A stretch of DNA of 64,000 nt. Origin: a virus (Duplodnaviria; Caudoviricetes). A model generated the notes under the pieces. It was not told the DNA's origin and searched no databases. It saw only the letters and a program-made list of their open reading frames with translations. Both the position numbers and the translations under genes were made by a program. The DNA lies in IMG/VR virus record IMGVR_UViG_3300046167_000801; one strand, given 5' to 3'. Position 1 is the first letter of the stretch; each line of letters begins with the position of its first letter. Below are positions 1 through 12,627 of this stretch, one piece after another.

Positions 1-1
1 G

Positions 2-1588
2 ACTAGTACTCCAACCCCTACACCAAGTCCGAGTCCAACTAATACACCAACTAACACTCCAACGCCAAGTCCAACACCTAACTGTGATTTTGATATTGAT
101 GTTGATGTGGTAACACCTACTCCTACACCATCACCAAGCCCAACAAGTAGTCCAACACCAAACCCTACTAGTACTCCGACTAATACACCCACACCAAGTC
201 CAACCAATACACCTACCCCCACACCCACACCTAACTGTGATTTTGATATTGATGTTGATGTGGTAACACCTACACCTACACCAACAAGTAGTCCTACGCC
301 ATCACCAACTAACACACCTACTCCTACACCTACTAATACACCTACACCAAGTCCGACAAGTAGTCTTACTCCAACACCAACAAGTACATCAACTCCAACA
401 CCTACCCCTACGCCAAATTGTGATTTTGATATTGATGTTGATGTAGTTACCCCTACTCCTACACCTACTAATACACCTACACCAAGCCCAACAAGTAGTC
501 CAACACCAACACCTAGTAGTAGTCCAACAAGTACTCCAACTAACACACCAACGCCAAGCCCAACAAGTAGTCCAACACCTAGCCCTACTAACACACCCAC
601 ACCGACTCCAACACCTAACTGTGATTTTGATGTGGATGTTGACGTAGTTACTCCTACTCCTACTCCAACTAACACACCTACACCAAGTCCTACAAATACA
701 CCTACACCCACTCCAACAAGTACGGAGACACCTACACCTACACCAACAAGTAGTCCTACCCCAAGTCCAACTAGTACTCCAACACCAACTCCTACACCGA
801 ATTGTGATTTTGATATTGATGTTGATGTAGTTACACCTACACCAACACCATCCCCAACAAGTACTCCTACACCTACCCCAAGTCCGAGTCCAACTAATAC
901 ACCAACGCCAAGTCCGACAAGTACTCCAACTAACACACCTACACCAAGCCCAACTAGTACGCCTACCCCTACACCTACACCTAACTGTGATTTCGACGTA
1001 GACGTTGATGTGGTAACACCTACACCAACACCAACAAGTAGTCCAACACCTAGCCCAACAGAAACACCTACACCAACACCTACTCCAAGCCCAACACCTT
1101 CACCAACACCTTCACCTACACCAATAGATTGTCCTGCACCATGTACGACAACAATAAACTCAGATCTATTCCAAACTTGGAACACTAACTTGGTTGGGTC
1201 CAACTTTAAAGAATTGGGTGGATATTGTAATGAAGTGAGAGATAAGAGTGGTAATGTAGTATCAACGAATAGTGAAGAATGGACTTACGACACAAACACA
1301 TGTATTGTTTACGTTTACTATGAAGGTAGTACTATGAGAAGGAGTTGTATTGGGGAGCATACATCACCTGTAGGGACTGAAGTAAGTTCTTTTGACCATA
1401 CAGATGGTACCCTTACACCAACAGGTTCAAATAGGTTATTTGATACTGATATAAGATTTATAGATAATGATAATAATGCAATCATAATAGTAACCGAGTG
1501 GGATTCCACATTAACATCATTATTACATGTTCACATTTTATGTGACTGTAGTTTTGAGGGGGATGTTACCGTTCATAATTTGAATTAA
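2..1588 (+). CDS. 5'-truncated Pro/Thr-rich repeat protein with recurring PNCDFD(I/V)DVDVV modules and a Cys-containing C-terminal domain; putative virion surface protein
   Basis: The frame is open from position 2 and in frame with the 107..1588 track ORF, so the true start lies upstream of the window. It has six PNCDFDxDVDVV motifs separated by PT linkers. Confidence 0.85.
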   Translation, partial: TSTPTPTPSPSPTNTPTNTPTPSPTPNCDFDIDVDVVTPTPTPSPSPTSSPTPNPTSTPTNTPTPSPTNTPTPTPTPNCDFDIDVDVVTPTPTPTSSPTPSPTNTPTPTPTNTPTPSPTSSLTPTPTSTSTPTPTPTPNCDFDIDVDVVTPTPTPTNTPTPSPTSSPTPTPSSSPTSTPTNTPTPSPTSSPTPSPTNTPTPTPTPNCDFDVDVDVVTPTPTPTNTPTPSPTNTPTPTPTSTETPTPTPTSSPTPSPTSTPTPTPTPNCDFDIDVDVVTPTPTPSPTSTPTPTPSPSPTNTPTPSPTSTPTNTPTPSPTSTPTPTPTPNCDFDVDVDVVTPTPTPTSSPTPSPTETPTPTPTPSPTPSPTPSPTPIDCPAPCTTTINSDLFQTWNTNLVGSNFKELGGYCNEVRDKSGNVVSTNSEEWTYDTNTCIVYVYYEGSTMRRSCIGEHTSPVGTEVSSFDHTDGTLTPTGSNRLFDTDIRFIDNDNNAIIIVTEWDSTLTSLLHVHILCDCSFEGDVTVHNLN

Positions 1589-1606
1589 AAAGTATATATT
1601 TTAATA

Positions 1607-4600
1607 ATGGCAAGAATATTCGACATAAAAATAACATCAGGGACTTCACACAGTCTCTATACGATATACTACGATCAAGTCGATGCCGCCAATATCGCAA
1701 CAAGAGTGAGTACCTCATTACCTGCAACGGGTGTGACGTACAATGATTTAACAAGTGGTTCGGGAGTTACGGTTAGTGTCCCTAACAGTGCAACTTCAAT
1801 ATTACTATATAATAATTCATGTGTGATTGATGATGAAATTATTTTACCAACCCCAACTCCATCACCAACACCAACAAGTACACCCACCCCTACACCAACA
1901 AGTAGTCCTACACCAAGTCCTACACCAAGTCCGAGCCCAACAGAAACTCCTACACCAACTCCATCACCTAGCCCAACTAACACACCTACACCAAGTCCAA
2001 CGACTAGTCCAACACCTACACCTACACCAAGTCCAACTCCAAATTGTGATTTTGATATGGACATCAATGTGGTTACACCAACACCAACACCCACACCAAG
2101 CCCAACAAGTAGTCCAACACCAACTCCGACTAGTACACCAACACCTACACCAAGTCCAAGTCCGAGCCCAACAGAAACTCCTACACCAACACCGAGTCCG
2201 ACGACAAGTCCTACTCCAACTCCGACTAGTACACCAACACCTACACCAAGTCCTACACCAAATTGTGACTTTGATGTTGATGTTACACTTAATACAAGAC
2301 CCTCCATAATAGTACCTAATTTTTCTCAAACAGAAAACACGGCAACGGGAACTACAATAGGTAACTTAGTTGCAAATGATGATGAGGGAGGAACGTTTAC
2401 GTGGGTATTTGAAGATACCGCTAATTATCCTGATAATAATTCTTTCTCATTGACTAGTGGTGGGGTATTATCTAACGCGGAGGTTTTCAACCATGAGGTA
2501 AAAAGTTTATATACTTTATATGTTAAGGTCACCGATAACGGTGGATTAACAAATACAAGAGAATTTACGGTAGACATAGTCGATGTTAATGAAACACCAT
2601 ACGGTTTAACCTTAAGTAATAATTCACAAAGAGAAAACACACCAACGGGGACAACAATTGGTATTTTTTCGGGGTTAGATGTTGACAGTAACGAAACATT
2701 TACATACGCACTAACGGGTAGTGGTAATAATAATTCGGCGTTCGCCTTATCAAGTTCGGGTGTACTAAAAAATGCAATAGTTTTTAATTATGAGGTTAAA
2801 AACTCTTATAGTATTGAAGTGACGGTTACGGATAGTGGTAATAACACTTATACGGATACATTTACAATTTCAGTACTTGACGTTAATGAATCACCAACAA
2901 ATTTATCCTTATCAAGTAATAGTATTGCGGAAAATCAATCTACAGGAACAACAATAGGTACTTTCAGTAGTACGGATGTTGATTCGGGAGATAGTCATTC
3001 TTATGAACTTGTTAGTGGTTTAGGAGATACTAATAATGGTTCATTTACATTAACAAGTGGTGGTGTTCTAAAAAGTAAAGAAGTTTATAACTATGAAGGT
3101 AAGAACAGTTATTCTATAAGAGTAAAAACTACTGATTCGGGGGGATTAACCCACATAGGTATATTTACGATTTTGATTACAGATCTTAACGAAACCCCTT
3201 CTAACATAACACCATCAACAGTATCATTCCAAGAAAATCAATCGACAGGAACAACAGTTACTACATTCACCGCCACCGATGTTGATTCGGGTGATACACA
3301 TACTTTTGAATTAGTAAGTGGTCTTGGAGATACCAACAACGATTCGTTTAGTTTGAATAGTAATGGTACTCTGACATCTAACGAGGTGTTCAACTACGAA
3401 GTTAAAAACTCCTATACAATAAGAGTCAAAGCAACAGATTCAGGTGGTTTAACACACGAAAGATCAGTAACAATTAATATCACCAACGCAAACGAAGTAC
3501 CTACAGATATAACTTTAAAAAATAATAATATTCCTGAAAATAGTTCTACGGGTACTACGGTTGGTCAATTATCCACAACAGACCCTGACGCAGGAAACAC
3601 ATTCACATATACATTAGTAAGTGGAGTGGGTGACACTAATAACAGTTCATTTAAAATAAGTGGTGATAAGATTCAAAGTAGTGAAATATTCAACTATGAA
3701 GTTAAGAACACTTATTCAGTTAGAGTAAGATCGACAGACCAAGGTGGTTTATACAGAGAAGAATCGTTTACTATTAATGTAACTAATGTTAATGAAACTC
3801 CAACAAACATATCATTATCTAATTCATCTATTGATGAGAATGTGGCAACAGGGACCACTGTGGGAACATTATCCACAACAGACCCTGACGCAGGAAATAC
3901 ATTTACATATACATTAGTAAGTGGTGTTGGAGATACCAACAATGGTTCATTTTATATAGACGGAACGACCTTAAAAAGTGGTGAAGTTTTTGATTATGAA
4001 ACCAAGAATTCATACACAATAAGAGTAAGATCAACAGATCAAGGAGGGTTATGGTATGAGAAAAAAATAATCATATCAATAACAAATATATCTGTATCAG
4101 GTACTCTTAGTGGAACAAACTTAACTTGTTATAATGATTCGTCAGGTGAGATTGAAGTTACATCACAAACGGGGGGAGATTCACCATACACGTATAGTAT
4201 AAACGGTATAAATTATCAAACATCTACGACATTCTCAAACCTTTCGGCGGGTACGTACATTGTTTCTATAAAAGATGACAATGGTGAAATAGGTACAGTA
4301 AGTAAAACAATAACACAACCACCAGTATTAAACATAACTGATTCACACACAGACCCAACATGTTATGGGGGGAGTGATGGAGAAATACAATTTTCTGTTG
4401 TTGGTGGAACAGGTGAAATAACTTATACTATAAATGGTGACGAAACAACGGAAACACTTCACTCAGACTTGAGTGCTGGTACTTATACTTTCATCGCGAC
4501 AGATGAAAATAGATGTACTGATAGTAGGGTTGTAACTTTAAGTGTAACACAAGTATCCGCAACAGTAACACAATCTAATGTCACATGTAACGGTGGTAGT

Positions 4601-7600
4601 GATGGTTGGATTAATGTAACTTCAGCTATAGGAGGATCAGGTAGTGGATATGAAGTCAAATTAAATAGTAATGGGACCTACGAAACTTTAACTGATTATA
4701 AACTATATTCAACTTTATCGGATGGAACATATACTATTTATGTTAAAGATGGTGATGGTTGTGAAAGAACATATAGTATAACAATTACGGAACCCGCGGC
4801 TGTAACATTTACAGAAACACATGTTGACCCAACATGTTGGAATGGTAAAGACGGTAGTATTACTCTTACAGCTTCAGGAGGTAACGGATCTTACGAATAT
4901 CAGTTTAATGGTTTTTGGCAATCATCAAACGTAAAAACAGGTTTACGGACAGGTAGTAATAGTATAAGAGTAAGAGACGGTAATGGATGTACTTCAAGTA
5001 TTGGGTCTGTTACTTTATCTACTACAAAACCATTTGCAACTATTACGTCCACAAATGTGGTATGTAATGGTGACGACGATGGTACAATATCGGTTTCTAA
5101 TCCAACAGGTGGGTCGGGAGCAACATACCAAGTCAAATTAAATAGTAATGGAACATATGTTAACTTAACAGGTACCCAACTTTATGAGGACTTATCACCA
5201 GATACCTACAATATTTATATTAAAGATAGTGATGGTTGTGAAGGGATTTACATTAAGACCATTACAGAAAACAATGGAGTTACTGCAAGTACTGCATCAA
5301 CGAATCCAACATGTTTTGGTGATACTGATGGTTCTATAACTGTTACAGGTAGTGGTGGTACGGGATCGTACACTTATAAAATAGGTAGTGGATCTTATCA
5401 AACATCAAATTCATTCACAAGTCTTGGTAATGGAACATATACGTTATATGTTAAAGATAGTAATGGTTGTGTGGATACCACATCAACAACATTAAATAGA
5501 ACACAAGTAAGTGCATCAATTTACAGTAATCAACCTTCATGTAATGGAGGTAATGATGGTGACATCACATTATCATCAATTACGGGCGGAAACGGTGGTA
5601 CGTATCAGTTTAAATTTGAAAGTGGTAATTGGACTAATTTTAGTTCCGCAGTAACGTTTACAAATAAATCCGCCGGAACATACACAATACAGGTTAGGGA
5701 TGGTCAACAGTGTAGTAGAAGTTATTCTTATACTTTAGGTCAACCAACAGCAGTAACATCATCTGTATCTGTAACCCATCCATCTTGTGCAAATAGTAAA
5801 GACGGATCAATAACCATAACAGGTGGTGGTGGATCGGGATCATATGTGTATTCTATTAATGGGTCAAATTATTACATATCTAATACATTTAATAACTTGT
5901 CTGTAGGAAGTGGTACCGCATATGTTAAGGATACTCGTGGATGTATAAGTACAGTTTCGTACACTTTGACAAAGACTAACCCAACAGCAACCATTTCAGT
6001 AACAAACGCATTGTGTAACGGAGACAGAGGATCAATAACCGTTTCTAATCCATCAGGTGGGAATGGAGGTACATACCAAGTTAAATTAGACACAGGATCG
6101 TATCAGAACTTTTCATCTAATTCATATACATTCACTTCAGTAACTGTTGGTAGTCATACTATTACCATAAAAGATGGTGATGGTTGTGAAAGAGGGTACA
6201 GTAGAAGTGTTACAGAGCCAACGTCGGTTGTTGTATCGTACACTAGTTTATCTCATCCTTCATGTAGTTACAGTAGTGATGGTAGTATAAATTTTGCGGT
6301 TAGTGGTGGTTCAGGTTCATACACATACAGACTAAATGGTACATTAATAACTAATATAACGGTTACAGGTTTAACTACAGGTTCTTATGTTTTATATGCA
6401 GAAGATGATAATGGGTGTAGTGATTCAGTTTCGGTTAACTTATCTAAATCTTCACCATTGGCTACAGTAACTACGTCTAACCCAAGTTGTAGTTCGGGTA
6501 GTGGTGCGATTACAGTATCGAGTCCTGCGGGAGGAAACGGACCAACTTATGAATCAAAAATTGGGAATGGTCCATATACAACAATAGGTAGTCCAACAAT
6601 TTACTCACCTCTATCTTCAGGAACATATACAATTACTATAAAAGACGGAGATGGATGTACAAGGACATATGATAGAACAATAACAATACCTACAGCAGTA
6701 AGTTTCACCACTTCAGTAACCCACCCAACATGTAATGGGGATAGTGACGGAGAAATAACATTTACTGCAAGTGGGGGTAATGGATCATATCAATATTCCA
6801 TAAATAACGGGATAAATTATCAGTCAAATAGAACTTTTTCTAATCTAACTATAGGGACATACCTATTGAGAGTTAAAGATGGTGAAAATTGTAGTACTAC
6901 AGGTACAGTAACTTTAAGTAAAACAGACCCTAGTGCGACATTCACTATGTCATCTGTGAGTTGTAACGGAGGTTCTGATGGAGAAATTGAAGTTTCAAGT
7001 ATGACAGGTGGTAATGGTGGAACATATTCACATAGATTTGGTTTAGGTTCTTACTTAACCACGTCCCCTCATACTTATAATAATTTATCTGCGGGCGATC
7101 ATTATATTACCATAAAAGATGGTTCGGGATGTACAGAAGCATATACGATCACAGTCACAGAACCAACGGCACAAACGGTTTCTATAACATCGTTTACCAC
7201 AACAACAGGAAGTACGGGTAGTATTACCGTGACATCTACGGGAGGTGTGTGGCCAAAAACTTATAGATTATATGAGGATACCACTTCACCATATACGGTT
7301 GGTGGTGGGACATTAGTTGCAACAATTACAGGTGTAACTTCGGCCAACCATTCACAGACATTCAGTAATTTATCACAAGGATATTATTACGTCGTAGTAA
7401 CAGATGCGAATGGATGTACCGCCAACAGTGCAACTATTGAAAGTACATTTGATGATAGTGATGGCTGTAATTGTGTAGAGGTCGGTGTTATTTCAAGTAA
7501 ATTAACAAACGGTGGTCAGGATTTATACTACGTTAATAATGATTGTGAAAATGGGTTGACTGATATAAACCTAGCTCAATATTTAGCGGAGATTGGTGAA

Positions 7601-7780
7601 GACGAGGATAGTAATATTTTTAAATTCTGTAGTCAATCACCAGTTAGTCATAGTTTTAAATATGGTTTAGGTGGTAATACTTTCGATGGACCTCAATCAG
7701 GGGGGATAACAGTAACACCTTTTGATACTTCGTGTACTCAAAACTCGGATTGTAGTAAAAGTATTAAAGGATTCGAATAA
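1607..7780 (+). CDS. 2057-aa adhesin-like protein: N-terminal domain, PT linkers, 6 cadherin-like repeats, about 14 SprB-like repeats
   Basis: About 100-aa repeats with EN..TGT..G, D.D.G, F.YE.KNSY, D.GGL and D.NE.P (cadherin-like Ca2+ motifs). About 78-aa repeats C..GSDG.I...GG...Y.Y......L..GTY...VKD..GC (SprB repeat). Confidence 0.85.
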   Translation: MARIFDIKITSGTSHSLYTIYYDQVDAANIATRVSTSLPATGVTYNDLTSGSGVTVSVPNSATSILLYNNSCVIDDEIILPTPTPSPTPTSTPTPTPTSSPTPSPTPSPSPTETPTPTPSPSPTNTPTPSPTTSPTPTPTPSPTPNCDFDMDINVVTPTPTPTPSPTSSPTPTPTSTPTPTPSPSPSPTETPTPTPSPTTSPTPTPTSTPTPTPSPTPNCDFDVDVTLNTRPSIIVPNFSQTENTATGTTIGNLVANDDEGGTFTWVFEDTANYPDNNSFSLTSGGVLSNAEVFNHEVKSLYTLYVKVTDNGGLTNTREFTVDIVDVNETPYGLTLSNNSQRENTPTGTTIGIFSGLDVDSNETFTYALTGSGNNNSAFALSSSGVLKNAIVFNYEVKNSYSIEVTVTDSGNNTYTDTFTISVLDVNESPTNLSLSSNSIAENQSTGTTIGTFSSTDVDSGDSHSYELVSGLGDTNNGSFTLTSGGVLKSKEVYNYEGKNSYSIRVKTTDSGGLTHIGIFTILITDLNETPSNITPSTVSFQENQSTGTTVTTFTATDVDSGDTHTFELVSGLGDTNNDSFSLNSNGTLTSNEVFNYEVKNSYTIRVKATDSGGLTHERSVTINITNANEVPTDITLKNNNIPENSSTGTTVGQLSTTDPDAGNTFTYTLVSGVGDTNNSSFKISGDKIQSSEIFNYEVKNTYSVRVRSTDQGGLYREESFTINVTNVNETPTNISLSNSSIDENVATGTTVGTLSTTDPDAGNTFTYTLVSGVGDTNNGSFYIDGTTLKSGEVFDYETKNSYTIRVRSTDQGGLWYEKKIIISITNISVSGTLSGTNLTCYNDSSGEIEVTSQTGGDSPYTYSINGINYQTSTTFSNLSAGTYIVSIKDDNGEIGTVSKTITQPPVLNITDSHTDPTCYGGSDGEIQFSVVGGTGEITYTINGDETTETLHSDLSAGTYTFIATDENRCTDSRVVTLSVTQVSATVTQSNVTCNGGSDGWINVTSAIGGSGSGYEVKLNSNGTYETLTDYKLYSTLSDGTYTIYVKDGDGCERTYSITITEPAAVTFTETHVDPTCWNGKDGSITLTASGGNGSYEYQFNGFWQSSNVKTGLRTGSNSIRVRDGNGCTSSIGSVTLSTTKPFATITSTNVVCNGDDDGTISVSNPTGGSGATYQVKLNSNGTYVNLTGTQLYEDLSPDTYNIYIKDSDGCEGIYIKTITENNGVTASTASTNPTCFGDTDGSITVTGSGGTGSYTYKIGSGSYQTSNSFTSLGNGTYTLYVKDSNGCVDTTSTTLNRTQVSASIYSNQPSCNGGNDGDITLSSITGGNGGTYQFKFESGNWTNFSSAVTFTNKSAGTYTIQVRDGQQCSRSYSYTLGQPTAVTSSVSVTHPSCANSKDGSITITGGGGSGSYVYSINGSNYYISNTFNNLSVGSGTAYVKDTRGCISTVSYTLTKTNPTATISVTNALCNGDRGSITVSNPSGGNGGTYQVKLDTGSYQNFSSNSYTFTSVTVGSHTITIKDGDGCERGYSRSVTEPTSVVVSYTSLSHPSCSYSSDGSINFAVSGGSGSYTYRLNGTLITNITVTGLTTGSYVLYAEDDNGCSDSVSVNLSKSSPLATVTTSNPSCSSGSGAITVSSPAGGNGPTYESKIGNGPYTTIGSPTIYSPLSSGTYTITIKDGDGCTRTYDRTITIPTAVSFTTSVTHPTCNGDSDGEITFTASGGNGSYQYSINNGINYQSNRTFSNLTIGTYLLRVKDGENCSTTGTVTLSKTDPSATFTMSSVSCNGGSDGEIEVSSMTGGNGGTYSHRFGLGSYLTTSPHTYNNLSAGDHYITIKDGSGCTEAYTITVTEPTAQTVSITSFTTTTGSTGSITVTSTGGVWPKTYRLYEDTTSPYTVGGGTLVATITGVTSANHSQTFSNLSQGYYYVVVTDANGCTANSATIESTFDDSDGCNCVEVGVISSKLTNGGQDLYYVNNDCENGLTDINLAQYLAEIGEDEDSNIFKFCSQSPVSHSFKYGLGGNTFDGPQSGGITVTPFDTSCTQNSDCSKSIKGFE

Positions 7781-7819
7781 ATAAAAAAATAACAAAACGA
7801 ATAAATCGTAATAACGATA

Positions 7820-7827
7820 TATTTATA
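7820..7827 (+). promoter_or_regulatory. TATTTATA motif, putative late promoter (first of 14 gene-proximal copies)
   Basis: Exact copies at 7820, 8518, 10932, 12599, 14612, 26284, 28319, 30720, 32001, 40251, 44859, 47123, 60388 and 61512, each 3-71 nt upstream of a start codon. Confidence 0.65.
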
Positions 7828-7852
7828 ATAAAAGAAAATAAAATTAAATAAT

Positions 7853-8440
7853 ATGGCAGCATCAAACGACTATCAAGTAACATTCACATTAAATGGGTTG
7901 TACACAGGAACTACGGAGGCAGATAATTTCACTATTGTCGGTAAACACTGTAATGGTTCTCCTGCAGATACAATAATTGCAACAGGGGTAACCGCATCAG
8001 ATTTAACTACTGGTGTTACATACACAATTGCAGCAACAATTTCGGGAGGAACAATAACATCAACAGGAGACTGTACTAATTCAGTACCTTGGGCAGGTTT
8101 AACGTGTGAAGGTGGAGAAATACCAACACCTACCGCAACGCCAGAACCTTCATCATCTTCAGTTTTTGTAGTTAGTAGATGTAACGATGATCAACTATTC
8201 TATTTAGCTGATGATATAAGTTGTATTGAGGGTAATTTAAGTACTCCTCCTAACCCAAGTATTTATATTGTGGGTGAATATGTACAATTTACAGATGGTA
8301 CTTCTTGTAATTCAGAACAAACTTCATATTGTGGTATAATCACAGCAGTGAATTCAGTATCTGAAAGAAACGCAGTATTAATCAAACACGAACTTCTTAA
8401 CAAATCAAAAGGTTGTACGAATACAGAATGTATGGAATAA
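7853..8440 (+). CDS. Cys-rich putative virion protein (195 aa)
   Basis: Track ORF. The C-terminal VSRC..QF....SC..YCG.ITA module is shared with the C-terminus of the 9932..10915 frame. It is preceded by TATTTATA. Confidence 0.75.
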   Translation: MAASNDYQVTFTLNGLYTGTTEADNFTIVGKHCNGSPADTIIATGVTASDLTTGVTYTIAATISGGTITSTGDCTNSVPWAGLTCEGGEIPTPTATPEPSSSSVFVVSRCNDDQLFYLADDISCIEGNLSTPPNPSIYIVGEYVQFTDGTSCNSEQTSYCGIITAVNSVSERNAVLIKHELLNKSKGCTNTECME

Positions 8441-8462
8441 CTTAACTTGTTTAATATACTTT

Positions 8463-8492
8463 AAAAAACCCGTTATTATGACGGGTTTTTTT
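8463..8492 (+). terminator. Rho-independent terminator, probably bidirectional
   Basis: AAAAAACCCGTT-ATTAT-GACGGGTTTTTTT hairpin with A and T tracts on either side. Confidence 0.85.
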
Positions 8493-8528
8493 ATTTAAAG
8501 TAATCTACTTATTAATGTATTTATATGT

Positions 8529-9650
8529 ATGGGATTAATTGTAAGGGTATTTGATATTGTTTCACCTAATGACTTTGATTTAAGTATTGGGTTGTCACCT
8601 TATGGACCGTTTACAAAATTAGATGGACCTAGACCTGATAATTCTTGGCCAAACTCTACGGACAGAGACTATAGAACTGAACCAATTTATATTGGTGACA
8701 ATGAACCCGAAGTGGTTAATGGTATACCATCATCATCAGAAGTAATATTTTATGATTTAGAATTTGACACCGAATTTTGGTTGAAAATGGAGGATAAAGT
8801 AAACGTTATAGATGTATGTGAGAACAATCAAACACCAAGGTACATTGTAGAAAACATATACATACATGATAGTAAGACATTTGAATGTTACGATAAGATA
8901 AAGTTTAGTGTATCTTATGAATGTGTACTACCACCAACACCAACACCCGAACCGACACCAACACCCGGACCAACTTCGACACCGGGAATAACCCCAACCC
9001 CAACACCTACATCAATTGTACTTGATGACGAGACCGAAATTAATATATTCTTTGATAATTCGGGGTCTATGAGTGGTACCAAATCCCCGTTAGATACTAT
9101 GGCGAGTACGATTCTTAAAGATTGTTTATTACCATTTTATAACAATGACTCAGCACTGTACGATAGTAGGGTAAGAGTTTTAAATATGTCGGAGGAAGGT
9201 TTTTATGAAAGAAGTTACGGTTGTCTATCAACGACTGGTACAACATCATCAATTACTCAAGTTATAAACTTATCATTTCAAGATGAAGGTGCCTCATCTC
9301 TCCACGGTAGTACTGGGTGGTCTAACACAGACCCAAGAACTTCCACTTTTGATAATGACATGGTACTTTTAAGAAATAACATTGATAATAATCCACTTAA
9401 TTATATTGTTGGAGAAATTTTCCAAGTCGAAACTAGTACTACTGGACAGTTTTTGTCCTTTAGAAATTTATTGGAAGCGGTTGAAAATGGTTTAGGTAAT
9501 TATAGTGGTGTTAATGGATTATCTGATAAAAGTCAAATACATAATACCTACGGTGTTACTCCATCGAGTACTCCACAATATTATATGGGACTTATAATTA
9601 CAGCGATTAATAATTTAGGTTATAGTATACCTGATTGTACAGAAGAATAA
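8529..9650 (+). CDS. PT-linker protein with a C-terminal vWA-like domain
   Basis: INIFFDNSGSM matches the DxSxS MIDAS motif after a hydrophobic strand, following a PT linker. Confidence 0.65.
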   Translation: MGLIVRVFDIVSPNDFDLSIGLSPYGPFTKLDGPRPDNSWPNSTDRDYRTEPIYIGDNEPEVVNGIPSSSEVIFYDLEFDTEFWLKMEDKVNVIDVCENNQTPRYIVENIYIHDSKTFECYDKIKFSVSYECVLPPTPTPEPTPTPGPTSTPGITPTPTPTSIVLDDETEINIFFDNSGSMSGTKSPLDTMASTILKDCLLPFYNNDSALYDSRVRVLNMSEEGFYERSYGCLSTTGTTSSITQVINLSFQDEGASSLHGSTGWSNTDPRTSTFDNDMVLLRNNIDNNPLNYIVGEIFQVETSTTGQFLSFRNLLEAVENGLGNYSGVNGLSDKSQIHNTYGVTPSSTPQYYMGLIITAINNLGYSIPDCTEE

Positions 9651-9651
9651 T

Positions 9652-10915
9652 ATGGGGAGAATAGTAAGACTAAATATTTCGTTAGATAACAGTCATTCAT
9701 TAGATGACTTTCCCGTTGATTTATATTCGGGTTTAACAAGTGGGGATACAACTAATTTAGTGTATGCGAATATAGTTAGTGAGGATATACCACTTGATTT
9801 AATGTTTGAGGATAGTGATTTAAATATTAGTAATGACCCTAATAATCCTTTCGTACCGCACTGTTATATGAGAATATCGTCTGACGGATGTTACGATGAA
9901 ATAATAAAATTGGAGGTACCAAGGGTAGATTGTGAAATATGTGTGGATTTTCAAGAAATCATACCAGAACCAACACCCTACTTCAATACCACCAACACCT
10001 ACTTCAATACCACCAACACCCACTTCAATACCACCAACGGCAACGGAAGGACCAACACCCACCCCAACACCGACATTACCACCTGGACCTACACCTACTC
10101 CAACAAGTACACCTACTCCAACACCGTCATCGACACCAGGTGAAAGAGGATGTAGGTTTGTATTTGTACCTGATACTATTAGTACAACAGGGTACGGTTT
10201 AGATTATGTTCAAAATGGGGTTATAATACTTACACGATTCACTGATATTGCCGGTCAATCGACGACTTATGATGGTGTGGTCGGGACAGTTTTCGGTGTG
10301 TGTAGTGAAACTTACCCACTATATTATGATTTCGATGGTGGGCAAGGTGCAATAACTGACCCGGTTGGTGTGGAAAGACCACCAAATGGGGGTAGTTGTA
10401 GTATTAATAAGAGTTGTATATATACACCCCCAACTCCAACCCCAACAAGTACAGATACACCAACAACATGTAATGAGTACTCATTATATATGACAGGACA
10501 AGGTGAAACGTCTTCACAATGGGAATGGACGACCTGTGGAGGTTCAACCACGACATGGACAAATGTGGGTTCTAACTATAGGGTTGTATGTTCAGAAACA
10601 ACACCGACATTAAATTACGGTGATGGGTTTAGTTTACTTAACGGGGATTGTGGTAATTATACGGTAAGTAGATGTACTGACGGACAACAATTTACTGTTG
10701 CCAAAAATAAGAACTGTATGACAGGTACACCACCAACATATAGTGTTGGAGATGTTATCCAATTCAAACAAATGAACGTTACTAACGGTTCGTGTTATGG
10801 TGAGACCTATTGTGGTACTATTACCGCCACGGACTCAAATACACCACATAACGCGTTAGCAAGTAGGAACGCAACAGTTGATGATTGTAATGATACAACA
10901 CATTGTGGTGAGTAG
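9652..10915 (+). CDS. Single PT/Cys-rich protein (about 420 aa) split by a +1 frameshift at 9976-9978 (track ORFs 9652..10143 and 9932..10915)
   Basis: The frame from 9652 reads IPEPTP and then decays (YFNTTNT...). The +1 frame resumes as PTSIPPTPT. The first copy of the 21-nt repeat ccaacacctacttcaatacca carries one extra C. Confidence 0.75.
9970..10035 (+). repeat. Three tandem copies of a 21-nt unit encoding PTPTSIP
   Basis: ccaacaccctacttcaatacca / ccaacacctacttcaatacca / ccaacacccacttcaatacca. Confidence 0.85.
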
Positions 10916-10963
10916 TTTTAGAATGAGGATATATTTATATAATAAGAATTAAAAAATCATAGA

Positions 10964-12550
10964 ATGGCAAGAAAGTTTACAGTAACATTAACTAGTGGAA
11001 CCGATCAAGGTCCCTATAATATATACTACGATACCGTATCCGTAGGAACACTTGCAGATCTATTCGGTACATCAAATAAAGCGGAGAATCTAACACTATC
11101 CCAAGTACAATCTGGTGTAGTAATAGAAGTACCCGATAATGCAAATAGTATCATATTCTTTAATACTAATCCCGATGTTGCAACCGACTGTCCAACAAAT
11201 ACAGAAATTTTTAATTTAACATCCCAACCAACACAAACACCCATACCAACATATACTCCGGTACCAACAGAAACACCAACACCAACACCTACGGATGAGG
11301 TCACATGTCAATGTTATGAGTTTATTAACGCAACTACCAATGCTATTTCATATACATATACTGATTGTAGTGGCACAAGTATAGAGGCGGTTTCCGACAA
11401 AGAACCATGGACATTCTACGTATGTGCTCAAAGTATAGACAGTGTTACTAATAGTAAATTAACATATAGTCTTTACGGTTCATGTTCTGAAGGGGTTTGT
11501 GATAACATGCCAACACCAATACCAACATATACACCGGTACCAACAGAAACACCGACACCTACACCTACTCCAAGCCCAACGGCAGATAATGTACAGATCA
11601 GAAATCTAAAATTTGCACACTGTAATACGGTAGAGACCTCACCTGTTAGTGAAGAGGTGGGTACTCAAGCTGCTGGAGGACCATCAGAACCACCTATTTA
11701 CTTAACTACAGATGAATATGGGTCTACACCAACGATAGGGGATACAGTATATGTAAGACTTGATGGTGAGACTAATAATAAATGTTATGAATATATAGGA
11801 ATAGAAACAGGGGCTAATGTATCTCTCACTATAATTAATACTTCATGTGTATGTCCGAGTTTAGAACCAACAGAAACACCAACACCAACACCTACAGAAA
11901 CACCAGCACCTACAAGTATAGAGGAACCATGTGTTGATATAGAATTTAATGGAAAAAGTGAAACCGTAGGTGGTACTGTTACATATGAAGATTGTGATGG
12001 TAACACACGTACTTTAACGGTACCTGGTGGAGATAGTATACCGGCACCTACATGTGTTAGAAATAATTCGTGGACGTACAGTATTCCAGATAACTTCACA
12101 CCTGCAACATTAGTAGTAGGAGATTGTGGTAATTCTAATGGATCAGAAGTAACACCAACACCAACAGCCACAAGTAGTAAAGGTGACGTAGGTGGACCAA
12201 TCGGAGCGAATGAGTACTACCTCAGTTCGGGTAGATCAGTTTCGAATGATTTCTGTCAAGCACCAGGTTACACCGCCACCAGAGCAATAACATCTTCCGC
12301 CACATCTATTGGTAATATGTTGAATACTACAGTATATGATGATGGAGATCCAATTGTAGGTAACCCATTACTATTTTATTTTGTATCTGAAAGCCAAGGT
12401 GAGAACTCAAATGAGACAGTTGGTAATCCACAATACATAAACATTAGTGAACAGGGGGTTGTAACAGACGTAGGTCAAATGTGTGGTTCAGGGACTGGAG
12501 AGAATCCTTATAGTGAGCCAATCAATCCTACATCAACCCCGACTGAATAA
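10964..12550 (+). CDS. PT-linker, Cys-module putative virion protein (528 aa)
   Basis: The N-terminus MARKFTVTLTSGT..Y.IYYD is paralogous to the 1607 N-terminus. The CVDIEF...Y.DCDG...VPGGD...CVR.NSW module is shared with 12628. Confidence 0.8.
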   Translation: MARKFTVTLTSGTDQGPYNIYYDTVSVGTLADLFGTSNKAENLTLSQVQSGVVIEVPDNANSIIFFNTNPDVATDCPTNTEIFNLTSQPTQTPIPTYTPVPTETPTPTPTDEVTCQCYEFINATTNAISYTYTDCSGTSIEAVSDKEPWTFYVCAQSIDSVTNSKLTYSLYGSCSEGVCDNMPTPIPTYTPVPTETPTPTPTPSPTADNVQIRNLKFAHCNTVETSPVSEEVGTQAAGGPSEPPIYLTTDEYGSTPTIGDTVYVRLDGETNNKCYEYIGIETGANVSLTIINTSCVCPSLEPTETPTPTPTETPAPTSIEEPCVDIEFNGKSETVGGTVTYEDCDGNTRTLTVPGGDSIPAPTCVRNNSWTYSIPDNFTPATLVVGDCGNSNGSEVTPTPTATSSKGDVGGPIGANEYYLSSGRSVSNDFCQAPGYTATRAITSSATSIGNMLNTTVYDDGDPIVGNPLLFYFVSESQGENSNETVGNPQYINISEQGVVTDVGQMCGSGTGENPYSEPINPTSTPTE

Positions 12551-12627
12551 AACATATTGTTAAATTGTTTTTATCGGTTTATTATTCTCTTTCTATTGTA
12601 TTTATATACATAGACTAAATAGATATA

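Noticed and set aside
1-1100. Regularly spaced, about 36-nt conserved DNA units with variable intervening sequence, superficially CRISPR-like
   Set aside because: The units vary at synonymous positions, are in frame (spacings 153-201, all multiples of 3) and the intervening DNA is itself repetitive PT coding. No cas genes are present.
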